Assembly (NCBI GenBank): GCA_964016885.1
Contig: OZ024742.1
Location: 361,522,001 to 361,586,000, forward strand
Origin: Eledone cirrhosa
Lineage: Eukaryota
DNA length: 64,000 bases
Reading direction: 5' to 3'
Shown: positions 39,601-53,800 of the stretch, one piece after another
Numbering within the stretch: position 1 is the stretch's first letter
How the letters are laid out: every line of letters begins with the position of its first letter
Translations under genes and position numbers: made by a program
The notes under the pieces: generated by a model
The model's input: only the letters and a program-made list of their open reading frames with translations
Database searches by the model: none
What the model was told of the DNA's origin: nothing

Positions 39601-41326
39601 ACCCTAACCCTAACCCTAACCCTAACCCTAACCCTAACCCTAACCCTAACCCTAACCCTAACCCTAACCCTAACCCTAACCCTAACCCTAACCCTAACCC
39701 TAACCCTAACCCTAACCCTAACCCTAACCCTAACCCTAACCCTAACCCTAACCCTAACCCTAACCCTAACCCTAACCCTAACCCTAACCCTAACCCTAAC
39801 CCTAACCCTAACCCTAACCCTAACCCTAACCCTAACCCTAACCCTAACCCTAACCCTAACCCTAACCCTAACCCTAACCCTAACCCTAACCCAACCCTAA
39901 CCCTAACCCTAACCCTAACCCTAACCCTAACCCTAACCCTAACCCTAACCCTAACCCTAACCCTAACCCTAACCCTAACCCTAACCCTAACCCTAACCCT
40001 AACCCTAACCCTAACCCTAACCCTAACCCTAACCCTAACCCTAACCCTAACCCTAACCCTAACCCTAACCCTAACCCTAACCCTAACCCTAACCCTAACC
40101 CTAACCCTAACCCTAACCCTAACCCTAACCCTAACCCTAACCCAACCCTAACCCTAACCCTAACCCTAACCCTAACCCTAACCCTAACCCTAACCCTAAC
40201 CCTAACCCTAACCCTAACCCTAACCCTAACCCTAACCCTAACCCTAACCCTAACCCTAACCCTAACCCTAACCCTAACCCTAACCCTAACCCTAACCCTA
40301 ACCCTAACCCTAACCCTAACCCTAACCCTAACCCTAACCCTAACCCTAACCCTAACCCTAACCCTAACCCTAACCCTAACCCTAACCCTAACCCTAACCC
40401 TAACCCTAACCCTAACCCTAACCCTAACCCTAACCCTAACCCTAACCCTAACCCTAACCCTAACCCTAACCCTAACCCTAACCCTAACCCTAACCCTAAC
40501 CCTAACCCTAACCCTAACCCTAACCCTAACCCTAACCCTAACCCTAACCCTAACCCTAACCCTAACCCTAACCCTAACCCTAACCCTAACCCTAACCCTA
40601 ACCCTAACCCTAACCCTAACCCTAACCCTAACCCTAACCCTAACCCTAACCCAACCCTAACCCTAACCCTAACCCTAACCCTAACCCTAACCCTAACCCT
40701 AACCCTAACCCTAACCCTAACCCTAACCCTAACCCTAACCCTAACCCTAACCCTAACCCTAACCCTAACCCTAACCCTAACCCTAACCCTAACCCTAACC
40801 CTAACCCTAACCCTAACCCTAACCCTAACCCTAACCCTAACCCTAACCCTAACCCTAACCCTAACCCTAACCCTAACCCTAACCCTAACCCTAACCCTAA
40901 CCCTAACCCTAACCCTAACCCTAACCCTAACCCTAACCCTAACCCTAACCCTAACCCTAACCCTAACCCTAACCCTAACCCTAACCCTAACCCTAACCCT
41001 AACCCTAACCCTAACCCTAACCCTAACCCTAACCCTAACCCTAACCCTAACCCTAACCCTAACCCTAACCCTAACCCTAACCCTAACCCTAACCCTAACC
41101 CTAACCCTAACCCTAACCCTAACCCTAACCCTAACCCTAACCCTAACCCTAACCCTAACCCTAACCCTAACCCTAACCCTAACCCTAACCCTAACCCTAA
41201 CCCTAACCCTAACCCTAACCCTAACCCTAACCCTAACCCTAACCCTAACCCTAACCCTAACCCTAACCCTAACCCTAACCCTAACCCTAACCCTAACCCT
41301 AACCCTAACCCTAACCCTAACCCTAA
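30621..41326 (-). repeat. Canonical telomeric array (TTAGGG)n, ~10.7 kb, C-strand on +
   Basis: (CCCTAA)n read directly. Single-base indels are densest near the gap. Confidence 0.99.
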
Positions 41327-42180
41327 CCCCAACCCCAACCCCAACCCCAACCCCAACCCCAACCCCAACCCCAACCCCAACCCCAACCCCAACCCCAACC
41401 CCAACCCCAACCCCAACCCCAACCCCAACCCCAACCCCAACCCCAACCCCAACCCCAACCCCAACCCCAACCCCAACCCCAACCCCAACCCCAACCCCAA
41501 CCCCAACCCCAACCCCAACCCCAACCCCAACCCCAACCCCAACCCCAACCCCAACCCCAACCCCAACCCCAACCCCAACCCCAACCCCAACCCCAACCCC
41601 AACCCCAACCCCAACCCCAACCCCAACCCCAACCCCAACCCCAACCCCAACCCCAACCCCAACCCCAACCCCAACCCCAACCCCAACCCCAACCCCAACC
41701 CCAACCCCAACCCCAACCCCAACCCCAACCCCAACCCCAACCCCAACCCCAACCCCAACCCCAACCCCAACCCCAACCCCAACCCCAACCCCAACCCCAA
41801 CCCCAACCCCAACCCCAACCCCAACCCCAACCCCAACCCCAACCCCAACCCCAACCCCAACCCCAACCCTAACCCTAACCCTAACCCTAACCCTAACCCT
41901 AACCCTAACCCCAACCCCAACCCCAACCCCAACCCCAACCCCAACCCCAACCCCAACCCCAACCCCAACCCCAACCCCAACCCCAACCCCAACCCCAACC
42001 CCAACCCCAACCCCAACCCCAACCCCAACCCCAACCCCAACCCCAACCCCAACCCCAACCCCAACCCCAGCCCTAGCCCTAGCCCTAGCCCTAACCCCAG
42101 CCCCAACCCCAGCCCCAACCCCAACCCCAACCCCAACCCCAACCCCAACCCCAAACCCCCAACCCCAACCCCAACCCCAA
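41327..42180 (-). repeat. Telomere variant repeat zone: (CCCCAA)n with a 7-unit CCCTAA island (41867-41908) and CCCTAG/CCCCAG units
   Basis: Read directly. 41327-41866 is 540 bp of pure CCCCAA. Confidence 0.97.
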
Positions 42181-42269
42181 ATGTTGATATACCTATACTA
42201 ATATATATATTTATACAAGTAAAGGCGGGCAACTTAATTATTAACTAGTCTAGATATCTGAGAAAATAT

Positions 42270-42840
42270 GCCGTTGTAACTTAAAGCCTGCCAAGGGAAA
42301 CAACCTTTTTATTTAATAAACAATGTTATCTCCCTTAATTCAATAAAAAAAAAATCAACTAACAATCTTTTATAAGAAAATTATATATAATGTTACGTAA
42401 ATCAACGCCGTTTTTATTAGTTTGTTTACTATTAGACTGCGGAAAGAGTTCGTAAATAATATCAGAAAACGAACTGCTAAAACGGCGTCAATTTACGTTA
42501 CATTATATATATATATAATTCACTTTTATCAAATATAATTTAATTGGTTTTTAGTTTGAACTAAGGGAGATAAAATTGTTTATTTAATAAATAGGTTGTT
42601 TCCCTTGGCCATACATTTCGGTGTAACAGAAATTTCCGCATTTTTTTATACTATGAAGCACTATAAAAACGGCGACAATTTATGTTACTTAAAGTCCGGC
42701 CAAGGGAAACAACCTATTTATTAAATAAACCATATTATCTACCTTAGTTAAAAGTAAATTATATATAATGTAACGTAAATCCACGCCGTTTTTATAGTTT
42801 GTTTTCTCAGAAAAACGGCGGGAAATTATGTTACAACATA
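42270..42840. repeat. Telomere-adjacent foldback with three alternating arms
   Basis: GCCAAGGGAAACAACC at 42290 (+), its reverse complement at ~42594-42609, and again at 42699 (+). The inner motif TTACGTAAATCAACGCCGTTTT / AAAACGGCGTCAATTTACGTTA is mirrored. Confidence 0.8.
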
Positions 42841-43612
42841 CATACTATAATATAAATTAAACTGAATTTAATTTGTCCGTAAAAATTGCATGTTTCTTTC
42901 CTAATGCCGTCCTGTGCGTTCAGAAAAGGGTGTCTCGCAATTAATTAAGTTCGACAGATAACATAAATATATATCACGGCATTCTTATCGCTTCTTACAC
43001 AAACTAATCACAACTGTAAACCAGACAGACCGTTAATCTGAAACCAATACGACCGCCACCCCAAACCAACTAGACGAAAACTTAAAATACCCAAACAGTA
43101 ATAACATCGCCACTTACCTTAACCACCGGAACAACGGCCTGCAATATAAGTACTACAAAGTAGCACGCCATGATTATTCAACAAGACAAAAAACAAACTT
43201 AAAATCATCAGCCCCACCAACTGCACCCACGTATTTTCACGCGCAATTCAAGTCAACGGTCGTTCAACTAACATGTTAATCTGCCTAGTATCTTCAATTC
43301 TTTGTCGTGGTTATCAAACCGACATTGCATATTTACAAAGGGTTATCGGAAAGCTCAATGTTACAGGGTTACATACTTTCATACACGTGTTTAGATATAT
43401 ATACACATGTATATATCTACGTATGTGTGAAAATATACTACACCCAACGCTCACATCCGGCCCTTTCAACACCTACATCCTAACTAAAGTGAAACTATTT
43501 CGACGCTGGCAATCTAGCTCAAATTATCAGATCTACAGTCAAAATGTCATTATGGTAAAAAAGATTAAAAAAACGTTTTTAAATGAACGAGTTTCATGAA
43601 ATCTATAATATA

Positions 43613-44245
43613 CTAGCAGTGGTACCCGGCGTTGCACCATATAAAGTATTTTCGAATACTCTGATGGATGAAGCAAGAAAAAGGCAGGTTTTCACCTAAT
43701 GCGGGCCCTAGGGGATCAAGATAATGATTTTCTTTTTATGACCATAATATCCATTGAAATTTAGCGAAAATCGGCTAGACGTAACGGCTACAAAAAGTCC
43801 TAAGATAAAAAAAAAAGTTTTTCATCTAATGCGGGCCCCAGGAGATAAAAAAAAAGTTGAAATTTTTAATTTGCATAACACTACCTTAAACATAAGTAAT
43901 ACGCATTTAAAGTTTGACAAAATATCGGTTGGGTACTTCGAGTTTAAGGGATTCAAACACACACCCTAAAGGAAGTGACGTAATGCAGACAGTCAGACAT
44001 ACAGATATAATAAGGGCGCGACGTTATAAGTACGTCTATCGAAAAAGAGACTAAGAATTATAGAGTGAGATCGCTAAACCGCCTAATGTCGTCCCTGTGG
44101 GCTTAGAAAAGTTGAAATCTTTTGGGGGTGATCAGAACAATTTCTCAAACATAAGTATTACATGTGTAAAGTTTGAAAACAGTCCGTTGGGTGGTTCTCG
44201 AGCTTTAGCGATTCGAACTCGGACATCTTCAGTTTTATATATAGA
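43613..44245 (-). mobile_element. Non-autonomous Helitron
   Basis: Minus strand reads A|TCTATATATAAAAC...CAACGCCGGGTACCACTGCTAG|T: 5' TC, 3' CTAG, AT target, and an internal (CAGA)-type microsatellite. Confidence 0.82.
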
Positions 44246-45619
44246 TAAGATGGATTACATGGCCACCGATTATCAATTAATTATAGAAATTAAATAACCA
44301 TTTGTTTTTAAAATTTAGTGTTGAAGGTCTTTGTGACTGTCTGTGTTCTACATGTTTACATGTAGTGTTTAGAAGCACATTTTATCCAATGATAATATTT
44401 TTAATCAAAGATGGTCGTCTTTCTGTTTTAAACAAGCAAAGCTTCACAACTAATATCAACGTATAGTCAGGGTCGACTATGTGCACATTTTGAATTATTT
44501 ATGAACAGAGACTAATACACAAAGTATATTATCATCACCAACAAACACTATATTGTCTCGCACTTTCAACAATTCGCTTTTGCAATAAAACAGGGAATCG
44601 ATAAACTATCTGATTCCATAATATTTTATATTATATTGGCATCTCCTTGGCCTGCATTCTTCTCGTCTGTTATGCTTGCTCTTCATTGATTTTCACTGGA
44701 ACAATCCGCAACTACTCATTCTATGTTTATTTTCGGGGATGTCTTTTCTACCCACTGCATTCTTCACTACATCATGCACATTTTCCACAGCTGCTCCACA
44801 TCGGTCAAATTTTCAATCTTAATTCGGCACAATTTCAACATCTTTTGCCTGCATCACACAGTATTCAGTCAATTAGTTTTTCTTCGTTTCCTATTCTTAT
44901 ATTGCAAAAACATATTCATAAAAGTGCGAGATAATATAGCTAGTGTTCATATATTTTGATTATCTACATTATTCTCACACGCCAGCTACTTGACAATATA
45001 TACATGCATGGATGTGTGTACTTGTATATCGTAATTTCGATGTCTAGTCTTCAACAGACGCTTACCACTGACCGAGACAACCAGCTTTGACAATTCAGTT
45101 TTATCAAACTAAATTTCCTGATAAGAGGGGAAACAACTCGTAATTTTATTAAAATATCCAAGAGTAAACTCCCTTTGCTAATTGAAATATTGCATATACA
45201 TTTGTAGACGTATAAACACAAAAACACTATACACATGTGTATACAACATGTGTACGTGTATACATACATAGACATCATATGTACACATTCATGACAATAT
45301 ACTACACCCCCACGACTTACAGCCGGAACTTGAAACACATACATCACAACTGAAGCGCAACTATTTCAATGCTGGCAATCTAGCTAAACTTATAAGAGCT
45401 ACAACTAATAGTAAAAAGAAATAAAAATTAAGCTTTTTAATCAAAAGAGTCTTAGGAAATATAACCGGTGGCAATGTAATCCATCTTAGCAATTAATTTT
45501 TTTGACAGACAACTCCTTTGGTAGGGTACCATGATCTGTCATCTGGTGGTGCCTAACCAAACTAGGTGTTGAGGAATGTCTTGTGAGGGCAGTGTACGCT
45601 TTGTGGAGGTACTGTCAGT

Positions 45620-46360
45620 AACAGATGCGTCTAAAACTGGCTGTCCATGACGATCTGGTTCTTATAGCAGAATCAATAAAGAATCTACAGAAATGCTGTC
45701 TATGGAAACAGTAGTTGGAAGCAAGAGGACAGAATAAAAACATAGAAAAGAGGACATGCTCACTATGTTGAAAAGGAGCTGGGATAAATTCTATAAAATA
45801 TACGCAATGCACATCTGGGGTACTCAACGTAGGGATAGCAAGCAAACAGGTAGTGAAAACTACCTGTACAGAGAAATTTCACAGTAGAAGTGACAGTGAT
45901 AGAAACAGTTTTCAAATGAAGGTGGGTTCTATACAAGTGGTTCGTACCTTCCGCTACATAGATGAGCAGATTAGAAAGAGAGGAGGCTACTACGAGGCCA
46001 TAATATCTACAATAAGGATGGGTTGGAAGAAGTGAGACATGGCCAGCAATTGCAGAGAATATGCCAAGGCTGGCAAAGAAATGAAGGAAGCATGCTCCGT
46101 TGGATGTGCGTCGACGACCGAGCAGAGATGAGTTGAAAGAGAAAATGGGTACGAGTTGTGTGCAGGAGAGAAGAATAAGATGGTTTGCTGGGTAAACAAG
46201 TGCCAAGTAATTCCAGTAGAAGGAAGACTAGGAAAAACAGACCTAACGATCACCAACGAGGTGACCAACGAGGTGACCAACGACTGGTATAAGCCGAGAG
46301 AGGCGGTGCTCAATAGTACATGTCCCACACTTGAAAGCGAACGTATGATGATGATGATGA
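45620..46360 (+). pseudogene. Decayed RTE LINE 3' portion (RT DDL motif to C-terminus and (ATG)n tail); duplicate at ~51045-51752
   Basis: GACGATCTGGTTCTTATAGCAGAA (DDLVLIAE), CQVIPVEGR, AVLNSTCPTL and ATGATGATG tail, homologous to 22230-22458. Confidence 0.75.
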
Positions 46361-46989
46361 CTGTGCAAATGTTTCCTTATTTCTGCATAAAAAGTAATAT
46401 ACATAAACAAAGTAGATCATCTTCAACAAACACTATATTGTCTTTAGCTTTCAACAATACCATTTCGCAATAAAATATGAAATAAGAACAAACTGATTCT
46501 CTAATATTTAATAATATATTGGCATCTGCTTCGCTGCTTAACTCCGACTGGTGGGCCTGCATTCTTGTCTCGTCTGTTATGCTTGCACTTCGTTGCTTTT
46601 CACAGGAACAATCAACAACTACTCTTTCTAACTCTTAAAACCTTTCTCTAGCTCTCAGGGATGTCTTTCCTATGGACTGCATTCTTCACTCTTTTCGACA
46701 CATCTTTCCAGTTTCTTCACATCGGTCAAATCTTCAATCTGCACAATTTCCACTTCTTTTCACATCTAGGTCTTTCTATTCTATACATCAGTTAGTCTTA
46801 GTTTCAAGTTCTTATATTGTAAAATAATATCTTTCAACATGGGAGACAATATAGCACTTGTTGCTGAAGATAGACTTTTATCATCTATATTATTCTCTCT
46901 CCAGCTACCAGTTAACATATCCATGCATAATATTTGCATGTGTGTCGTCATGTGTGGATATTTGAGAAAAAGATGATAAAAAGATATAT

Positions 46990-48050
46990 ACATGGATGAG
47001 GAGAGTGACTTGGTGGTAGAACAATATGGTAGATGAGGCAGTTAAGGCTAAGAGACAGGCATGGAAAGAATGGAAAAACAGGGCACATTACAGAGAGACC
47101 AGGAGCAAAGCTAGGCGACAAGTATACTTAGCTAGAAGGAAGGTAGAGGATAGGAAATTCAAGCATCTTTTGCAACACGAGGAAAAGAAACAGGTGTTCC
47201 AGAGAGAATTGTGATGTCATTGGACAAAAGTGTATCCAGAATGATAAAGGTCAGCTTGCACTCACAAGTGCTGAGAAGATGCGTGGAAGAGCCAGTATGA
47301 AAGATTACTAAATAAGGAGAATGTATGGGAAAAAGATACCATACCCAAAGTGAACCCTATAGATGGGCTAGCAGAACAAGTCAGCAGCAATGTAGTATGG
47401 CAATCATAGATATGAAGACGGGGAAGGCAACCGGTCCATCGGGTATAGCTGCCGAGATGCTCAAGGCATCTGGGTCGGTAGATCAGACCATAACCATACG
47501 TATTGTTAACTAGATAATACTAAAGGGCATCATACCAAACGATTCGTGCAGCAGCATCATGGTCAACTGATACAAAGGTAAAGGTGATGCACTAGATAGA
47601 GGAAACTATAGTGGTATAAAGCTGATGGACCAGGTCATAGTAACAGAGTTAGAGCACAGTTGATTAGGAACACGGTGAAACTACATGATATACAATTGGG
47701 TTTTGTAGCAGGACAAGGCACCACTCATGTCCTCACCTTTGTGAGGCAGTTACAGGAAAAGTACCTAGCTAAAAGTAAGCAACTCTACCTGGCATTTGTC
47801 GAAATGGAAAAAGCCTTCGACAGAGTCCACCATGCTATAATCTGGTGAGCTCTTAGAAAATTTGAAGTAGATGAATAGCTTATGAGGGCTGTACCAAGCC
47901 ATGTATATAGAAACAGTCAGCAAAGTTAGGGTTATCAATGACTAGAGCGAGGAATTTAGCATGCAGGTCCGTGTCCACCAGGGCTGTTCTTAGCCCTCTC
48001 CTTTTTATCATAGTCCTACAGGCAATAAAAGGAGTTTAAAACCGGATGTC
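46990..48050 (+). pseudogene. Decayed RTE LINE fragment (pre-RT region and RT domains 0-4); duplicate at ~52385-53370
   Basis: VDEAVKAKRQAWKEWK, MKTGKATGPSGIAAEMLK, NYSGIKL, QLGFVAGQGTT..RQLQEKY..LYLAFVEMEKAFDRV, with many stops and frameshifts. Confidence 0.88.
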
Positions 48051-49480
48051 AGCTTATAGTCCTACCAGGGGAGACAATGATGTGAATGCGGAGGAATTTC
48101 ATGAGGAGATGTGTAGAGCTGTCAACACCACACAAGCTCAAAACATCATTCTTCTGAGGGACTTCTATGCACATCTGAGTAAGGAGAGCAGAGAAGATCC
48201 GCGCTGGTAATTCCCTAACACCAACAGAAATGGAAGACTACCGACAGACGCCATGCTGGATGCCAACTTGATGGCAACCAACCTAACGTTAAGGGAGAAT
48301 CCAGAAAAGATGTGGACCAAGACCTAGATTGATTTCTTTCTGGTGAGGAAAAAGCAGCGCAATAGTGTTCTCAACACAGAACCATACAACTATTTCAGTA
48401 CACTGGGACAGTGGACACATGCTTGTTATGAGTGAGGTCCGAGTGAGCTTAAGAAAGCAAAGCTACACCAACAGTATAATCTATGACTGGGGAACGTTCA
48501 AGGAACATAAGCTACAGAAGAGGTTCACAGGAGAAGTGAGCAACAGGTTCAGTGCTCTGTGTGGAGAGTTTGACAAAGAGGTACGGCTACTTGAACAATG
48601 CAGTAGCAGAAGCAAGTGAGACACTGATGCTGAGGAGAAAGAAGAGGAATCATGTCAGTTCTGCAGACCCAAAGGTGTGTGCAGCCTGCCAAGGACCAAT
48701 TCTGTGCTGATCCTATGGAGAGGATGGACACAGTGGAGGTGATGAGGGAAGCACTCTGGACCGCTTACACTGACGCCAGAGAGGAGGCACTAAAGTGTTA
48801 AGAGAACGGTTGACAGTTGGATGATCAACGAGATCACATGGAGGAAAGGTCAGATCAAGGAAACAGATCCAGAGGATAGGAAAAAGGAAATGGCTGAACC
48901 ATTTTAGAACACAACTATGAGATGCCCTCCACAGCCAAAAACACTGGGCAGATCAGGTGGCTGTTACAATAACTGGATATTGAGACAGGACCCTTTGCCA
49001 GAGAATACTTCAGAGAGCAAAAAAAAAAGATAAAGGGGGGCAAGGCCCATGGAGAAAATCGAGTGGCATCAGGTCATGTAGAGTTGTGATTTTCATATCT
49101 TGGAGATCTGTAAAAAGGGACTGGAGAAACGAGTTGCCCTGAACAAGTGGACGATCAGTAACTTCGTGCCACTGCCAAAGAAGGCAAATCTCTCTAACAG
49201 AAACAACTACAGGGGGACCTCACTTGTGGCAAAGACCCTCAACAGGATGATTCTAAAGAGAATCCAGCCCTGCATGGACAAAAAGCTCAAACAACCAGAA
49301 CAGCTTCACAGATAGAGATCAACCAACGGTCACATCCTGATGCTGAGGAAGATATTTGAGGGAGCTAAAGCAAATTGCCTATAATTCTGACTATCGTCAC
49401 TGCCTGATCAAGATTTTTGTGGAATACAAAAGTATCACTGCTCTACACGAACACTAAAGCCAAAGTCATTACACCCGATG
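48050..49480 (+). pseudogene. Second decayed LINE fragment (AP endonuclease C-terminus to RT start); duplicate at ~53370-54745
   Basis: Degenerate GDFNAH-like (AGGGACTTCTATGCACAT) and IDFFLV motifs, then VPLPKKANLSNRNNYRGTSL..LNRMILKRIQP. Confidence 0.75.
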
Positions 49481-50617
49481 GTTCTTCGAGTTACTGCTTG
49501 GATTGCTCCAAGGAGCTACACCCATTGTTCAGTGGCTAAATACAGTCAAAGAAAAATATAATTGCTTTTCTTTCTCAGAGTTAAGTCAGCGAAGGTAACG
49601 CACCACTAACAAAATCCCCTCTCCTACTAAAATGGTCAATGACCAATCCAGCATATAAACAATTATATTAAGAAAAATAATTTCTTTTTAAACAAAGGAC
49701 AATTAAATATTTACTGTTGAATGTCTGTTTGTGGGCTTATGTAGGGTCGGGCATCTCATAAATTTTTCCGTATTTACGCAGAGTAATATAGATAAAAATA
49801 CATCAACGACAAACACTATATTGTCTCGCACTTTAAAGGATTCGCTTTTGCAATAAAACAGGGAATCAATAAACTATCTGATTCCATTAATATTTTATAT
49901 TATATTGGCATCTCCTTGGCAGCTAACTCCAACTGTTGGGCCTGCATGCTTCTCTCATCTGTTATGTTTGCACTTCATTGATTTTCACTGGAACAATCCT
50001 CAACTACTCTTTCTGTTTATTCTCGGGGATGTCTTTTCTAACCAATGCATTCTTCATTACATCATGCAAATTTTCCGCAGCTTCTTTCACATCGGTCAAA
50101 TTTTCAATCTTAATTCGGCACAATTTCAACATCTTTTGCCTGCATCACACTGTATTCAGTGAATTAGTTTTTCTTCGTTTCCTATTCTTATATTGCAAAA
50201 ACATATCCATAAAAGTGCGAGATAATATAGCGAGTGTTCATATATTTTGCTTATCTACATTACAATCACTCGACAGCTCCTTGGCAACATATCCATGCAT
50301 GGATGTGTGTACTTGTATATCGTAATTTCGATGTCTAGTCTTCAACAGACGCTTACCACTGACCGAGACAACCAGCCTTGAATATTGAGTTTTATCAAAC
50401 AAATAAATTTCCTGCTAAGAGGGGAAACAACTCGTAATTTTATTAAAATATCCAAGAGTAAACTCCCTTTGCTAATTGAAATAAGGCATAAACATTTGTA
50501 GACGTATAAACACAAAAACACTATACACAATAACATGTGTACGTGTATACATACATAGACATATACTATTTCAACGCTGGCAATCTAGCTAAACTTATCA
50601 GAGCTACAACTAATAAT

Positions 50618-50804
50618 TGTTTCTACTTTTGGCACAAGGCCAGCAATTACCCAGTACATTACTGGTACTTTATTTTATCGACCCCGTAAGGATGAAAGGC
50701 AAAGTTAACCTCGGCGGCATTTGAACTCAGATCGTAAAGGGACGTAACTCTTTAAGTCAAAGCATGGCGTCCGACCATCCACCGATACTGCCAACCCACC
50801 GCCT
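50618..50804 (-). mobile_element. Full-length SINE (second family) with 16-bp TSD
   Basis: AGCTACAACTAATAAT flanks it at 50602-50617 and 50805-50820. It is absent at the paralogous site (~45397-45410). Confidence 0.92.
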
Positions 50805-53800
50805 AGCTACAACTAATAATGTCAGTAAAAGCTTTTTAATCAAACGAGTCTTAGGAAATATATAAAATATAACCGGTGGCAATGTAATCCATCTTAGCAA
50901 TTAATTTTGTTGACAGACAACTCCTTTGGTAGGGTACCATGATCTGTCATCTGGTGGTGCCTAACCAAACTAGGTGTTGGGGAATGTCTTGTGAGGGCAG
51001 TGCAGGCTTTGTACAGAGGTGCTGTCAGTAACAGATGCGTTTAAAACTAGCTGTCCATGACGATCTGGTTCTTATAGCAGAATCAGTAAACAAGCTAAAG
51101 AAGAAATGCTGTCTATGGAAACAGTAGTTGGAAGCAAGAGGACAGAATAAAAACATAGAAAAGAGGACATGCTCCCTATGTTGAAAAGGAGTTGGGATAA
51201 ATTATATAAAATATACGCAATGCACATCTGGGGTACTCAACATATGTAGGGATAGCAAGCAAACAGGTAGTGAAAACTACATGTACAGAGAAATTTCACA
51301 GTAGAAGTGACAGTGATAGAAACAGTTTTCAAATGAAGGTGGGTTCTATACAGATGAGCAGATTAGAAAGAGAGGAGGCTACTACGAGGCCATAATATCT
51401 ACAATAAGGATGGGTTGGAAGAAGTGAGACATGGCCAGCAATTGCAGAGAATATGCCAAGGCTGGCAAAGAAATGAAGGAAGCATGCTCCGACGACCGAG
51501 CAGAGATGAGTTGAGAGAGAAAATGGGTATGAGTTATGTGCAGGAGAGAAGAATAAGATGGTTTGCTGGGTAAACATGTGCCAAGTAATTCCAGTAGAAG
51601 GAAGACTAGGAAAAACATAGACGGGTGGTGAGAGCAGACCTCAAATCGCTAACGATCACCAACGAGGTGACCAACGACCGGTATAAGCGGAGAGGCGGTG
51701 CTCAATAATACATGTCCCACACTTGAAAGCGAACGTATGATTATGAAGATGACTGTGCAAATGTTTCCTTATTTCTGCATAGAAAGTATACATCATCTTC
51801 AACAAACGCTATATTGTCTTTAGCTTTCAACAATACCATTTCGCAATAAAACATGAAATAAGAACAAACTGATTCTCTAATATTTAATATTATATTGGCA
51901 TCTGCTTAACTCCGACTGGTGGGTCTGCATTCTTGTCTCGTCTGTTATGCTTCCACTTCATTGCTTTTCACAGGAACAATCAACAACTACTCTTTCTAAC
52001 TCTTAAAACCTTGCTCTAGCTTCCAATGTTCACTCTCGGGGATGTCTTTCCTACGGACTGCATTCTTCACTCTTTTCGACACATCTTTCCAGTTTCTTCA
52101 CATCGGTCAAATCTTCAATCTTCAATCTGCACAATTTCCACTTCTTTTCACATCTAGGTCTTTCTATTCTATACATCAGTTAGTCTTAGTTTCAAGTTCT
52201 AATATTGTAAAATAATATCTTTCAACATGGGAGACAATATAGCACTTGTTGCTGAAGATAGACTTTTATCATCTATATTATTCTCTCTCCAGCTACCAGT
52301 TAACATATACATGCATAATATTTGCATGTGTGTCGTCATGTGTGGATATTTGAGAAAAGGATAATGATAAAAAGATATATACATGGATGAGGAGAGTGAC
52401 TTGGTGGTAGAACAATATGGTAGATGAGGCAGTTAAGGCTAAAGAGACAGGCATGGAAAGAATGGAAAAACAGGGCACATTACATAGAGACCAGGAGCAA
52501 AGCTAGGCGACAAGTATACTTAGCTAGAAGGGAGGTAGAGGATAGGAATTTCAAGCATCTTTTGCAACACGAGGAACAGAAACAGGTGTTCGAGATTACG
52601 AGGCAGTGTGTCAGAGAGAATTGTGATGTCATTGGACAAAAGTGTATCCAGAATGATATAGGTCAGCTTGCACTCACAATTTCTGAGGAGATGCGTGAAA
52701 GAGCCAGTATGAAAGATTACTAAATGGGGAGAATGCATGGGAAAAAGATACCATACCCAAAGTGAACCCTATAGAGGTCTAGCAGAACAAGTCAGCAGCA
52801 ATGTAGTATGGCAATCAAAGATATGAAGACGGGGAAGGCAACCAGTCTATCGGGTATAGCTGCCGAGATCCTCAAGGCATCTGGGTCGGTAGATCAGACC
52901 ATAACCACAAGTAATGTTAACTAGATAATACTAAAGGGCGTCATACCAAACGATTCGTGCAGCAGCATCATGGTCAACTGATACAAAGGTAAAGGTGATG
53001 CACTAGATAGAGGAAACTAGAGGTATAAAGCTGATGGACCAGATCATGAAAGTAACGTAAAGAGTTATAGCACAGTTGATTAGTACCTAGCTAAAAGTAA
53101 GCAACTCTACCTGGCATTTGTCGAAATGGAAAAAGCCTTCAACAGAGTCCACCATGCTATAATCCGGTCGGCTCTTAGAAAATTAAAAGTAGATGAATGG
53201 CTTATGAGGGCTGTACAAGCCATGTATAAAGAAACAATCAGCAAAGTTAGGGTTATCAATGACTAGAGCGAGGAATTTAGCATGCAGGTCGGTGTACACC
53301 AGGGCTGTTCTTAGCCCTCTCCTTTTTATCAGTCCTGCAGGCAATAACAGGAATTTAAAACCGGATATCAGCTTATAGTCCTACCAAGGGAGACAGTGAT
53401 GTGAATGCGGAGGAATTTCATGAGATGTGTAGAGCTGTCAACACCACACAAGCTCAAAACATCATTCTTCTGAGGGACTTCTATGCACATCTGAGTAAGG
53501 AGAGCAGTGAAGATCCGCGCTGGTAATTCCCTAACACCAACCGAAATGGAAGACTACCGACAGACGCCATGCTGGATGCAAACTTGATGGCAACCAACCT
53601 AACGTTAAGGAAGAATCCAGAAAAGATGTGGACCAAGACCTAAATTGATTTCTTTCTGGTGAGGAAAAAGCAGCGCAATAGTGTTCTCAACACAGAACCA
53701 TACAACTATTTCAGTACACTGGGACAGTGGACACATGCTTGTTATGAGTGAGGTCCGGGTGAGCTTAAGAAAGAGCAAGGCTACACCAACAGTATAATAT

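Noticed and set aside
40646-42232. 528-aa (LG)n ORF
   Set aside because: It is a translation of TTAGGG/TTGGGG repeats.
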